A DNA stretch of 62,777 nucleotides, the filler included, from Stramenopiles sp. TOSAG23-3 (taxonomy: Eukaryota): the NCBI GenBank assembly GCA_900128585.1. It is 16 parts of 16 records of this genome, joined end to end, with 100 filler letters (N's around TTAATTAATTAA, not from the genome) between each part and the next. Parts side by side here need not be neighbours in the genome. Positions count along the whole stretch, not along the records: positions 51,141 to 54,955 come from LT644061.1; positions 55,056 to 58,869 come from LT644062.1; positions 58,970 to 62,777 come from LT644063.1; 13 more parts are not named here. One strand, 5' to 3'. Each line of letters starts with the position of its first letter. Position 1 is the stretch's first letter. Below the pieces are notes generated by a model. The model was not told where the DNA came from and ran no database searches. It saw only the letters and a program-made list of their open reading frames with translations. A program made the position numbers and the translations under genes. Positions 54,101 through 62,777 of the stretch are shown here, piece after piece.

Positions 54101-54404
54101 AAAACGTCGACTACCAAAAAAGTTTGGGTGGGGAAAGCTAAAGGCAACCATAGAAAGCGAAAGAGCTTGGGTGTTGCCACGTTCAGGACGCTCAAATTCG
54201 ACCCTATACCAAGACGACGTGACAAAAGCTTTACTTGTTTATCCAAAGCTGCACGTATTCAAAATTACCGATCCACCGAAAAAGTTGAGCGAAAATATAA
54301 AAAGACTGCTTCGCCCAGTAAAGCACAAGTTTAGAAGAGCAGTAAGAAGGATGTCCACTTTGCTTGGTTTAACAAGGGTTTACGACGAAAAAGAACAGCA
54401 GTAG
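51141..54404 (+). CDS. WD40-repeat protein with C-terminal SLOG (LSDAT/TRPM-N-like) domain; 5'-truncated
   Basis: The frame is open from the contig edge. Multiple blades (VATGNLDGELCIWS, GKIFVWN, GKVFLWE, GRVTVWS, DGTVQLYE). C-terminal AVAAQNAVIVTNG.D.EV, VVIGVVP, LISGDFGSLKEL, PIIVVEGSGGVAD. Confidence 0.8.
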   Translation, partial: KRKSFIGDLQIETSSDGDVITFEKVHLFTVLNVCTENQDKSRDYFVITISDCHTIQVHILSVKFDNKCQNPNIIQKSRLELPHCQTLSISQGNEIDPYVFFVATLNEGVVLWKVNEQNFSVKKVTKFAETSILSVSINKPLNIVATGNLDGELCIWSIENIMKKGGDNPLSKAAMILMKSRNEKDNVMLLKRPQNVGGIPHLLKWYSEDENSGTDVLVSACQTGLLTIWKYDKDDAYLERITDLNRSIVGTSFNDLFILKNYIYAVHEESAVRGWDIKEVLRRADLLSADKNSCVGLKQTKTGRCVSADGTRGGSIGETGKIFVWNMVSGNVVECLMCKSANILCFSDHGDHVMVGTSMGKVFLWEYHLKYEFKGEIVNVGHTNPSALSFSADMQHAAVGCENGLFFLVNLDTKKVINVKQSLLANGKSSNDVKGAWTHLDAVADVTFCELEEQEIVELQEINERNMKGKNMKQRRGNILMPQKKKTGNFTRKKTFQKIAKLLVSTSTKGRVTVWSLDTFETILDYSSPNVHADGDLKILLTEQKIKLVSTPSMPRPGSEDYNSVVIEDLEDIDSLFCKEKCNLTSTEGPEKAVLDPLKRKVTKHRVSNLLFTGLTVGARIVCSGFGFAGLYYLLGFSDGTVQLYESKSGRLIGTFLCASSVSSISVPAWYSQVGHFICTDSNGKVYVLSTDFVGVVRRTTSPTMVNSTGSLLHPQKSLTQYKIASLKCRHSGVEAYSTKLGSKEYCKFSTQSINNSLRDCSIVNVSVNWKPTRKKLNLFWNYMGIKWIPHGEIDREEKSAKLLKDSCIVVLGNMHGLASALHVGLKKMLTDGVAVAAQNAVIVTNGIDNEVNRILAFREDPYLTKGDREEPVVIGVVPAEGVDIGPKFKPSKSEVESMRYFEKVEAIEQHSSRIIRVHGCRHLSSRRCVIEELLLSIRNMDAGSLGILISGDFGSLKELETLMQLNMPIIVVEGSGGVADHISELRKRRLPKKFGWGKLKATIESERAWVLPRSGRSNSTLYQDDVTKALLVYPKLHVFKITDPPKKLSENIKRLLRPVKHKFRRAVRRMSTLLGLTRVYDEKEQQ

Positions 54405-54443
54405 ACAAAATTAATTAATAATTTTTTGTCTTCTACTGCCATC

Positions 54444-54650
54444 CTGGTACCTCCTAGAACCCTAATTTGTGACCGTACCAGGTATAATTTAAATAATGTA
54501 CCGGTACGGTACAGGTAATACCAGTACGAGTATTCGAAGTACGCACCAATAACCTCTTTTTTTCGTTGTACTGGATCTACTTATACCGGTACAGGTAGGT
54601 ATTATACAGGTACCGTACCTGTACCGGTACCTGGTACAGGTACCAGTACC
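54444..54650. repeat. GTAC/GGTACC/TACCGGTA-rich low-complexity palindromic cluster
   Basis: e.g. tacaggtaccgtacctgtaccggtacctggtacaggtaccagtacc. Confidence 0.8.
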
Positions 54651-55055
54651 ATGGAAATTTTTTTTTAATATAACAGCTCTATCTCCTCCTCTCTCTCTTT
54701 GAAAAAAGCGTTGATTTTAAAAGCTGCCTGTCCTGTCACGACGGAATCAGTGCAAGGGACTATTTAAAAGATTCTGAAACCGTCCCCAAATTATTGATAT
54801 GGATTAACCATGCCTACAAGTTCCGAATGGCGCGGTACTTATGTGATCAATATGGTTTAGTCATAAAGATGCAGTGCAGTAGGTTTTGTGCGTATGAATA
54901 TCGTAATAAAGCGAGTGAAATGGGTGAGTCTGCGCCAAACCTGGACTCCCAGAGCNNNNNNNNNNNNNNNNNNNNNNNNNNNNNNNNNNNNNNNNNNNNT
55001 TAATTAATTAANNNNNNNNNNNNNNNNNNNNNNNNNNNNNNNNNNNNNNNNNNNN

Positions 55056-55131
55056 TTCTTCTTCTTTCCTCTTCTTCTTCTTCTTTCCTCTTCTTCTTCT
55101 TTCCTCTTCTTCTTCTTTCCTCTTCTTCTTC
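55056..55131. repeat. TTC/TTTCCTC satellite at contig start; reverse complement of the contig end
   Basis: Inverted match to about 58794-58869. Confidence 0.85.
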
Positions 55132-55424
55132 TTTTGCACAAATTCGGTGGTACCAAGGTAGTATCATAATAATAAAATTATTATGTGAACACAACACATA
55201 ATAATAAAAGCGCATCATCTCGAAATCAAATATTTTAAATTATATTACACATTGTTATCATCATCAAGATTTAAATAAAATTATTAACTTTAATTAATAG
55301 AACATGTTGGAAGAGGCCCAACAAAGAAATATACGTGAGACTTTGGACGGTCGTATCCCACACCCAGCAAACGTGGGGAGGGAATTGCTTTGTAATCAAC
55401 AACAAAATGGCACTTCGTTTATGC

Positions 55425-56567
55425 CTAAACGACTCGGTAATTTTTGAACGCCTGCTCCAGGCGTCCCTGGTCTGATGGGTCGATGTAGCCCTCGTCGAAC
55501 GATTCCTCGTCCGAATCAATGTCACTGCCGAACTCGTCAGCGTCGATCTCTATTTCATCTTCGTGTTTAAATATACATTTCCACAGTTTTATACTTGAGG
55601 TGGATTCTTTAAGTAGTTCCAAATGGAGCAACCCCGGCACCGTGACCATCCATGTCGATTCGTCGACCAGTACTGGAGCGTACAGATCTCCTGCAATCCT
55701 GGCAGTCGTTTCGTTCGCCCTGCGAGCACCTCCGGTTGGATGGCGCAAAAACAGAACGTCTATAAAACTTCTTGTGATTTGGCATGTAACGCAGTTCAAC
55801 GGCAACCCAGCAGCGAATGGGATATATATATGTAAGTGCGACCGCGTCTGCCCCCATGCATAGTCCCGAAGAACTTTTCCATACTCGAAGAGCGAGCTAG
55901 ACGCGCTGATGCCTGCCCGGGCCAGCAACGTACTGATGTCGTAGCACACTCCTTCTTCTTGGTCCAAAAGCTCGGTGGTTTCGCGGCATGCTTCTTCTAC
56001 TCTATCGGCCAGCTTTTGGATGTCGCGATTCTTCGGTGCCAACTCGATAGCTAGGCTGATGCTTCCCACCGCTTCCTCTAGCTCCCCTAACTCTAAATAA
56101 GCCCGGGTGGCGCGGTACAAGGCCTTCGTGTTCTTCGGGTCCAGCCTAAGGATCGTGTCTGTGCAATTCAGCACCGTATCCCACTCTTCGCAGAGTATGC
56201 TCGCCAGCGCCAAGTTCAGCAGCAGACTGGTGTGCAAACGATTTTTTCGTGCTAAGATCTCTTCTCCGTGCTCGGTTAAAGAGCGGCTGAGAGGAACTAT
56301 TTCCAATGCTTTTGCATACCACTTGCACGCGGACGTCAACAATTCTTCGCCCGCCCGGTGCCCCACCAACATTTTCCCTTTCATCAAGTCATCGTTTCCT
56401 TTGGCCTTCATCTGTTCGGCACTGGTCAAGTCATCTAACGCAGCCTGTTTGGCGATGGCCAAGTTCGTATCGCCGCGGGCAAATGCCATTATTGATTCGT
56501 TAATGGTCTCCCTGAAGGGAGACTCCGCGCCAGGGTTCAATACAGCAAAACCAGACGACGCGTTTGC
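55425..56567 (-). CDS. TPR + CS (p23/NudC-like) co-chaperone, last exon
   Basis: TPR units AEQMKAKGN, LLLNLALA..L.LDPKNTKALYR, AIELAPKN; CS domain YAWGQT...IYIP, GDLYAPVLVDESTW, LELLK, WKCIFK. Acceptor tttag at 56568 with CTAAC about 30 nt upstream. Confidence 0.85.
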   Translation of the reverse strand, partial: ANASSGFAVLNPGAESPFRETINESIMAFARGDTNLAIAKQAALDDLTSAEQMKAKGNDDLMKGKMLVGHRAGEELLTSACKWYAKALEIVPLSRSLTEHGEEILARKNRLHTSLLLNLALASILCEEWDTVLNCTDTILRLDPKNTKALYRATRAYLELGELEEAVGSISLAIELAPKNRDIQKLADRVEEACRETTELLDQEEGVCYDISTLLARAGISASSSLFEYGKVLRDYAWGQTRSHLHIYIPFAAGLPLNCVTCQITRSFIDVLFLRHPTGGARRANETTARIAGDLYAPVLVDESTWMVTVPGLLHLELLKESTSSIKLWKCIFKHEDEIEIDADEFGSDIDSDEESFDEGYIDPSDQGRLEQAFKNYRVV

Positions 56568-58629
56568 CTAAAGAAAATATATAAATGTACAGAGCGTTCG
56601 TTAGTCGTTGGCATGCGCGGTTGAAAAATGGGAAGGAAAGACCGAAAATGGTGTAAAGTTGAAGAAAAAAAGTGTAACGAAAGACAGGTGACATACAGCG
56701 GAGCATCACTGCAGCCGTTAAATTCCGTTTTCTTAATCTTCCAATCGATATATAAAAATATGTGTGTTAGCTGAAAATGGTGCAAACTGCATTTCAACTG
56801 ACCGTCATGATTGGGTGTGAGAAAAAAAATATCGTGGCATCCCGCGAGCTGTGCGTTCCTAAATCCCTTCATCCCATCGTAGTCTTAATTACGCGTGACG
56901 GACATTGCTAATGTAGCTTCCCTCCACTAAGGTTCATATCACCAGGGGTTTAAAAAAAAGGAACTGCTGCGGGTCTTCTCGGCGTTTGCAGAACGTGCGC
57001 AATCCGTGACAAGTATGTTCAATGTTCTAAGTAAAATATAACAGTTTTCTCCATGGTATTACAGAAGAACGAAAGTTTTGATTTTCGTCACGGAACAAAA
57101 CACCGTTTCGGGAGCAACAGGGAGGAGGACGATGTGGTTTCTGAGGGAGGGGGGACTTACCATTTGAATCGAAGTCGTGGGCTTTCTTGCCAAAATTGTT
57201 TTTAATTTTTCCCTAGAGCGTCAAGTCACTGTAAAGACAAGAGTAAAAAAAATGATGTTAGAAAATTGACTGACATGACAGCGCGGAGCAACCCATGGCG
57301 AAGAAATCGCCATCGGCTGCTTTTGAGGTCTCAAAAAAGATTGAAATGTTCTTCGCAACCATGCTAATATAAAATTTTCTAGTTCTTAAGTGTGATCTTG
57401 CACCAGCATGAAAGCCCGTCGGTAGTAAAGTTTAGCTACGAGTGGTGCAAAAACTGCGGTCCACAAGCTCCCCGTCCGGCTGATAAATAGTGCGAAAGAA
57501 GAAAAAAATTCCAAAGAGAACACAGACCTCATAGTTTTAGTTACCATTTGTTTTTCCTCAGGCTTGGTATAAGACAGGGATAAATGTTTCATAATCATCG
57601 ATCGTTCTACTTTGAGTGTGTATCCCAGGGTCCGAATTGCAGAATGGTTCGCATAGACAAACTAAGGCATCACCCCTGGTAAGTCTCAAACATACTTGAC
57701 GGCAATATTTCAGCCGTTCGTCATGCCCAAAGATTTTGGATATATGTTGCTGGAGGCAGATAAAAGAATATACGAGGCGACTTTGTGCGGTCAAACTTAC
57801 CTAAATCGTGCCTGTGAGTGCGCTATGTTTATGTATATGCGTGCGCTTGCAATCGAGTCAATCTACCGGCTGCAGCTGCTTCACGGTGCGTACCACATTA
57901 CGCGCCGAATTTTAAAGTACGTGTTCTTCCCGTTCCTTGTAAGGGAGGGGGGGCAAGCAAGAGGTACAACCTGTCGACTGTTGTTTCTCTGCAGTTATCT
58001 CTCTTATGTTCACGAAGGAACGTGGTCACCCAAACTTTCATGTCATTCAAATGGGTGGTGAACAACTAAAAGTACACCAAGACGGCGGTGGGTGGTTGTT
58101 CTTTTCATCAGTCGATTCGACGACGCGACTACTGGGCGCAACGACGTGGCGGCGGCGCGGGAAGAAGGAGGAAAGATATTAGTAAGGTATTATTATATCC
58201 TATTTAGTATATATAATTAATATACATAATGATATAACTTATTACCTATTAAATAATAATAAGCAGTGTCAACGTTGGGATGAATACATTGTTGTTTTTA
58301 CAATTATGAATAGTTTCAAATAGAATGAAAAACAATTTTAGATGAAGCCAAAATAAATCATCGTTACATTCACACAGTGTATGTACTACCTAAATATATA
58401 TACATCCTTAATAGTATAACTAAAAAATGAGATATCATATCACAACGTATAATATATTAAAAACAACAGGTCACAACAGATCACGACTTTTCTGCGTTGC
58501 GATGGTTGCGCTGCGCTGTGCGTTGGACCCTTTTAATCGTTTCATCTGTAGTCTATATAAAATTACTATTGTAAAGCAACATTACAAGTACAAAACAACT
58601 AACATCAGCATGAAAAATGATTGGTGGAG

Positions 58630-58869
58630 AGAAAAGAAGAAAAAGAAAAAGAAAGAAGAAGAACAAGAAGAAGAAGAGGAAAGAAGAAAAAGAACAAGAA
58701 GAAGAAGAGAAAAGAGAAAAGAAGAAAAAGAGGAAAGAAGAAGAAGAGGAAAGAAGAAGAAGAGGAAAGAAGAAGAAGAAGAAGAAGAGGAAAGAAGAAG
58801 AAGAGGAAAGAAGAAGAAGAGGAAAGAAGAAGAAGAGGAAAGAAGAAGAAGAAGAGGAAAGAAGAAGAA
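58630..58869. repeat. Purine-only (GAA)n / GAGGAAAGAAGAAGAA satellite
   Basis: Essentially only G and A, with a recurring ~16-bp unit. Confidence 0.95.
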
Positions 58870-59375
58870 NNNNNNNNNNNNNNNNNNNNNNNNNNNNNNN
58901 NNNNNNNNNNNNNTTAATTAATTAANNNNNNNNNNNNNNNNNNNNNNNNNNNNNNNNNNNNNNNNNNNNAAAGAAGGTGTCAGTTCAAGAACAATGTCTC
59001 CTCCTATTGCAGATCCTCCCCAAGTTCTGGTCAAGATTCCAATTGATTTGTCGTAAAAGTACACAGCGGCATAAATGTTTTAAAGGGGCTCGTTGTCTGT
59101 GGTACTGCTCAATTAAATAATGATCGGTATTGAGTTTGATCGTTTCGTGTTCGTATACACATACAGATGTAAGTGTACCTTCTGGGAATCCTAAACGGCT
59201 AGGCCGGTCAGCGATTCCCAGGACATATTCGTATGTCTCTCCCAAGTTCAGGTCAAGATTCAAACTGGCAAGTAAACAGCGGTAATGCTCTTGTTACTTC
59301 CGGGTATTATTGATTTTAGTAAAATCTCAGGAGCAATATATATATAGTATAGGAAGAGATAAATTTTTATCACTC

Positions 59376-59572
59376 ACACCGATTTGGATCATGCATGGAG
59401 TACACATGGGAATGATAATCGGCTGTTATTTAACCGAATCGGTGTATGGAAATGCGTCAATGACAAGAGACCCATAATCAACTGTCTCATCTATTGTCTC
59501 GCTCATAGATGAATCATTCCTTGTGTTGGTGCGCAAGCAGCGGCGTAATTGTTTTAAAGGTGCTCGTTGTCT
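59376..59572 (-). repeat. Dispersed ~150-bp repeat, copy C (distal ~45 nt locally inverted)
   Basis: The body 59434-59558 aligns with copies A and B; the gatcatgcatggagtacac core lies on the opposite strand at 59387-59405. Confidence 0.85.
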
Positions 59573-60028
59573 ATCTTGTGGACCAATCAAGGGATTGTCA
59601 TTTGTAAGTTGAGGTGTCGAAGGGGGGTCGTTTGGGTCGGTGTTCATAATCGGCGTGTGTGAATGCTGTTCCCGTCGGCGTGTCCGTCGGAGTTTCATCC
59701 TGCTGGCAATGCTGTCGCCCCCGTCTCCTGATGATTGTATTGAGGGATGTGCCTCTGGGTCATCAGCCGAGAGTGGCACTACCAGGGTCGAGGCAATGCT
59801 GGATTGCGCGCTGCTGAGTTGTGGTGAGGATTGAAATTCCGGGTTCACATCTGAGGATGACAAAATTAGAGTCGAGGCACTGCCGGGATTATCGCTAGTG
59901 GAATACTCGTCCCCCGAGAATTGCGGTTCTGGTTCGGGCTCCGGGTCCAAGCTATCCAGGTCCAGGATTTGGGCCGGGATTTGGGGTTGTCTGGTAGGGG
60001 GCATCAAATTATATAAAGTAAAAAACAA
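59426..60028 (-). CDS. Possible Ser/Pro/Asp-rich ORF whose 3' end is the dispersed repeat
   Basis: 200-codon GC-richer ORF, likely ATG at MPPTRQP; no family recognised. Confidence 0.4.
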   Translation of the reverse strand: MFFTLYNLMPPTRQPQIPAQILDLDSLDPEPEPEPQFSGDEYSTSDNPGSASTLILSSSDVNPEFQSSPQLSSAQSSIASTLVVPLSADDPEAHPSIQSSGDGGDSIASRMKLRRTRRREQHSHTPIMNTDPNDPPSTPQLTNDNPLIGPQDRQRAPLKQLRRCLRTNTRNDSSMSETIDETVDYGSLVIDAFPYTDSVK

Positions 60029-60230
60029 GAAAAATTGGACTGCCTGTTATATAAAGTATGCTAAAAGACTCTCATTTTAATATCAATTATGATTTCAGTT
60101 TCCATATAATTTATTTAATCTCTGTTAAAACTTACAAACATTTTTCTGTAAGACTAATTAGAGAGACTTTAAAAACAAAAAATTAATTGGCTTTTTTTTT
60201 TTTTCCAAGTGTATTAACTTAAGAATTCTT

Positions 60231-62724
60231 CTAGAAGCTACTCACTTTCAGTGACCCAGCGAGCTTTGCCATCAACTGTTCATTTTGTCCTCCCCGCGCC
60301 TTGCTTCTTTCGGAGGTACCATTGCCAAGGGATGTAATGAATCTCAGGGTCTCGTCTAGGAATGGGCTAGTAGGGTTGTAACCACGTGCTTTGTCCATCA
60401 TCTTCTTAATCACTTTACAAATTTTGCTGCTTTCTGATAAATCAACATTTACAACTAAAACGTTTACTAACAGCACGATTAAGTCCGCGCACCGTTTCTT
60501 CGCTTTATCGTTTCCGTTTTCGTATTCGGCTACTTCCGATAAGCCCACCAATATCTCGTCGAAAAGCTCCACAAATTGATCGGCACATTGTCCCAAAAAT
60601 AGAGCATTCCCGCCAAACAATGAATCGTTTGAGTCCACACTGTCGATACAATACGGCAACTTTCTTTGGGACCAAGCCGAAAGCACTGGCAAAATATAAA
60701 TAAAGAGCTCTGTCTTTCCACCGTGCCCTTCCTTCCACTCATACTTTGATACTGCATTGCGCAATCCCTTTATCAGATAAAATGGACCATGTTCGGGGTG
60801 GCCAGGGACGATAATCAGTGAAGACAAAAATGATTTAAAAAATTCCAGAAGTCGAGGTTCTGATGGAAGCCGCTGTCGGTCGTAATCATAATTTGTCGAT
60901 TGAGGTATATCGGGAATAATGGATATCGCGGCCTTGAAAAATGTGTCCGTTTGAGGCAGGCATCCATTAATTAGTGCAACTTGCCCGCAATGCAAGAACA
61001 GATACAGGCGGCGAAATACATTGTCGATGGAAGGAATTGTTATGTGACAGCATGCCAGGCACGCCTTCACAAAAGCTGATGTTTTTCTGTTATGCTTTCC
61101 CTTCACCATTGCATGGGCTCGTGCGGCAAGGTGGACCACGCTTAATACTAACCTATCCTTCACGGAATCCAGATTCGGGAACGCAGCGCGGCAATCGACG
61201 AGGATATTTAGCTGCTGCTCTAGATTGTTACCAAAATCAATCAGCGTCACAAAACGGCACAGTAAATCAGATATTTGTTTTCTTTCATCATCAACAGATA
61301 GGGAATCCAACGAGTCATGAAGGCTGCGAGCAATATCAAACACGGTTGCGATAACAACCGGGTCGGACGTCGTTTCATTAGATTTTGTAAAGTTTAGAAG
61401 CAATTCTTTGCACATGTCAGTCTTCTTCTCGCTACGAAATAGGTCCAACAATTGCAAGAAGTATTGTGACGTCAAAACTTCCCCAAAACTGTTGCTATGT
61501 TTGGTTACTGACGTTACTACCCTCTCCAGCGACACGACAATGCGCTTCGCAGAACCATCGCCTTCCGCTCTAACGTGCCTGACCAGGTCTTTTAAGAGGA
61601 TTAAAACGTGTTTTTCTTGGTAATGCTTCAGGGCCATGTCTATCCAAGCTGCTGTGCACGAGGCATACGGCTCCAACTTGTCAAACTTTGTCACTATCTT
61701 CCATGTTTCGTTCAGCACGCTCATGCGCTGGTTCGCAGGGGGGGGATTCTTCGATATACCAATGCCCAATGCTTCAAATAATTCTGCTGAATGAACGTGG
61801 CTTGATTTTGCGTCCTTAATCAACTGGACCATGCCAGCAGCACTAGCAGACCAATATTTAGAATCAAACTCCAAGATAATATGTTTCAAAACCAAGGAGT
61901 TGCCACAGTAATCTCGATAGTGTTCCAAAACTTTCTTGAAATCTTCCTTGGAGGCAGATTTTCCAACGCACTGGCAAAGCCACGATACTGCCGGTTCGTG
62001 AAGTCGCAGGTACTCCTTGTAAGAAACCCCTTTCTCGGACAACAGGGTCTTCAACACCGGTGCTTTCTCGTTAAATTGAGACCACGTGAAAAGGTAATCA
62101 AAAAGGGTGCTTTTCACGAACGAAGTGTCTTCGGGAAGTGTCCTTTTCCCTACCCTTGCTAAATATACTCGGACCCATATAGCAACCAGAGGATCTCCCA
62201 CGCCCCTGATAATGTTAGCAATCCGATTTAATATGTTTTTGAACTCGCCATCTGTCAAAAATTTGTAACATTTTGTAACGCACAATTCTATATATAACCG
62301 TGGTAACAATTCGCGAATGCAAGCAGTCTTGTAAAACCAGTTGCGGCACGTCTCTTTGGCCTCGACCGCTACATCCGAAGACAAGAAATTCTTTGAAAGT
62401 TTCTGCCCGCTAACTTCCTCCGACCTTTCCTTGATTCTTTCAAACACAAGATCCCCAAACGTTTCAAGGACACCTGTCAATAGAACGAACATCGAAGGAT
62501 AAAATGCAATGACCGTGGTATCCAACATCATTTTTGCACACTGGATTGCGATTTTCAATGCTTCGACACGCTGGTTCTCCTTCCACGCCTCCGTAAGGTT
62601 TTTATGCAGCTCTTCGATACGATTCATATACTGCTTCTGTGATACCTCCATCGTATCTTCAGCCGTTTCATTCTCTAATTTTTTCAAACGGGCTTTCATT
62701 TTGTCAGCGGGTTCTGCGCTTGGG
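60231..62724 (-). CDS. VPS35L: VPS35 endosomal protein-sorting factor-like (Retriever subunit, C16orf62/UPF0505); 5' end lost at a fold-back junction
   Basis: ALKIAIQCAK...FYPSMFVL.T.VLETFGDLVFERI, AKETCRNWFYKTACIRELLPRLYIE, IRGVGDPLV, DFG..LEQQL...CRAAF.NLD, ACLA.CHITIPSI, VPGHPEHGPFYL. Confidence 0.92.
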
Positions 62725-62777
62725 CCAGTTGATTAAGGACGCAAAATCAAGCCACGTTCATTCAGCAGAATTATTTG
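62725..62777. repeat. 53-bp exact inverted copy of 61775-61827
   Basis: ccagttgattaaggacgcaaaatcaagccacgttcattcagcagaattatttg is the reverse complement of an internal VPS35L segment. Confidence 0.95.

Larger units (their letters stand above)
3854..58969. other. 15 artificial contig linkers (N44-TTAATTAATTAA-N44) at 3854-3953, 7803-7902, 11752-11851, 15699-15798, 19645-19744, 23589-23688, 27525-27624, 31453-31552, 35373-35472, 39292-39391, 43209-43308, 47125-47224, 51041-51140, 54956-55055, 58870-58969; plain scaffold gaps at 13565-13674 and 37192-37197
   Basis: Identical 100-nt spacer with a self-complementary 12-mer giving stops in all six frames; the lengths of the intervening segments never increase (3853 down to 3808 bp). 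Confidence 0.99.

Noticed and set aside
58427-58925. Lys/Glu/Arg-rich ORFs (also 31497-31694, 55000-55218, 44785-45073, 27083-27301)
   Set aside because: These are translations of GAA/TTC microsatellites.
1-62777. A clustered defence island combining Roco-caspase, WD40-SLOG, RNase H-like and pseudokinase genes
   Set aside because: Each is on a different contig; their adjacency reflects only length sorting, and they may not even share a source organism.
1-62777. CRISPR arrays, rRNA or tRNA genes (e.g. GGTTCGAA at ~3723 and ~11203)
   Set aside because: No repeat-spacer periodicity, no rRNA signature, and no cloverleaf around the T-loop-like words.

Overview
This is not a contiguous locus. It is 16 unrelated contigs of 3853 down to 3808 bp, sorted by decreasing length and joined by 100-nt N44-TTAATTAATTAA-N44 six-frame-stop linkers, so gene neighbourhood across linkers is meaningless. 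The content is eukaryotic: profilin, VPS24/CHMP3, VPS35L, anoctamin, TTL-like, cyclin, multidomain acetyl-CoA carboxylase, mitochondrial DBT, ABCC, GH28, MOSC and glucokinase. Exons are long, mostly intron-poor and GC-richer, separated by very AT-rich microsatellite-laden spacers. A compact protist genome is likely, plausibly a heterotrophic stramenopile (inference). Fold-back inverted duplications that truncate genes point to whole-genome-amplified single-cell material. Best candidate novel system: a WD40-ROC-COR(EF-hand-inserted)-caspase-like fusion with an intact His/Cys dyad, a putative one-chain sensor-switch-executioner protein. Other highlights: a WD40-SLOG fusion, an SH3-like repeat array fused to an apparently inactive RNase H, a Kelch/EGF receptor pseudokinase, a secreted CCxxC polyprotein-like precursor, an AT-hook/Tudor/cyclin fusion, and a ~150-bp dispersed repeat lying 3' of three unrelated genes. 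All domain calls are by-eye motif recognition, not database searches.
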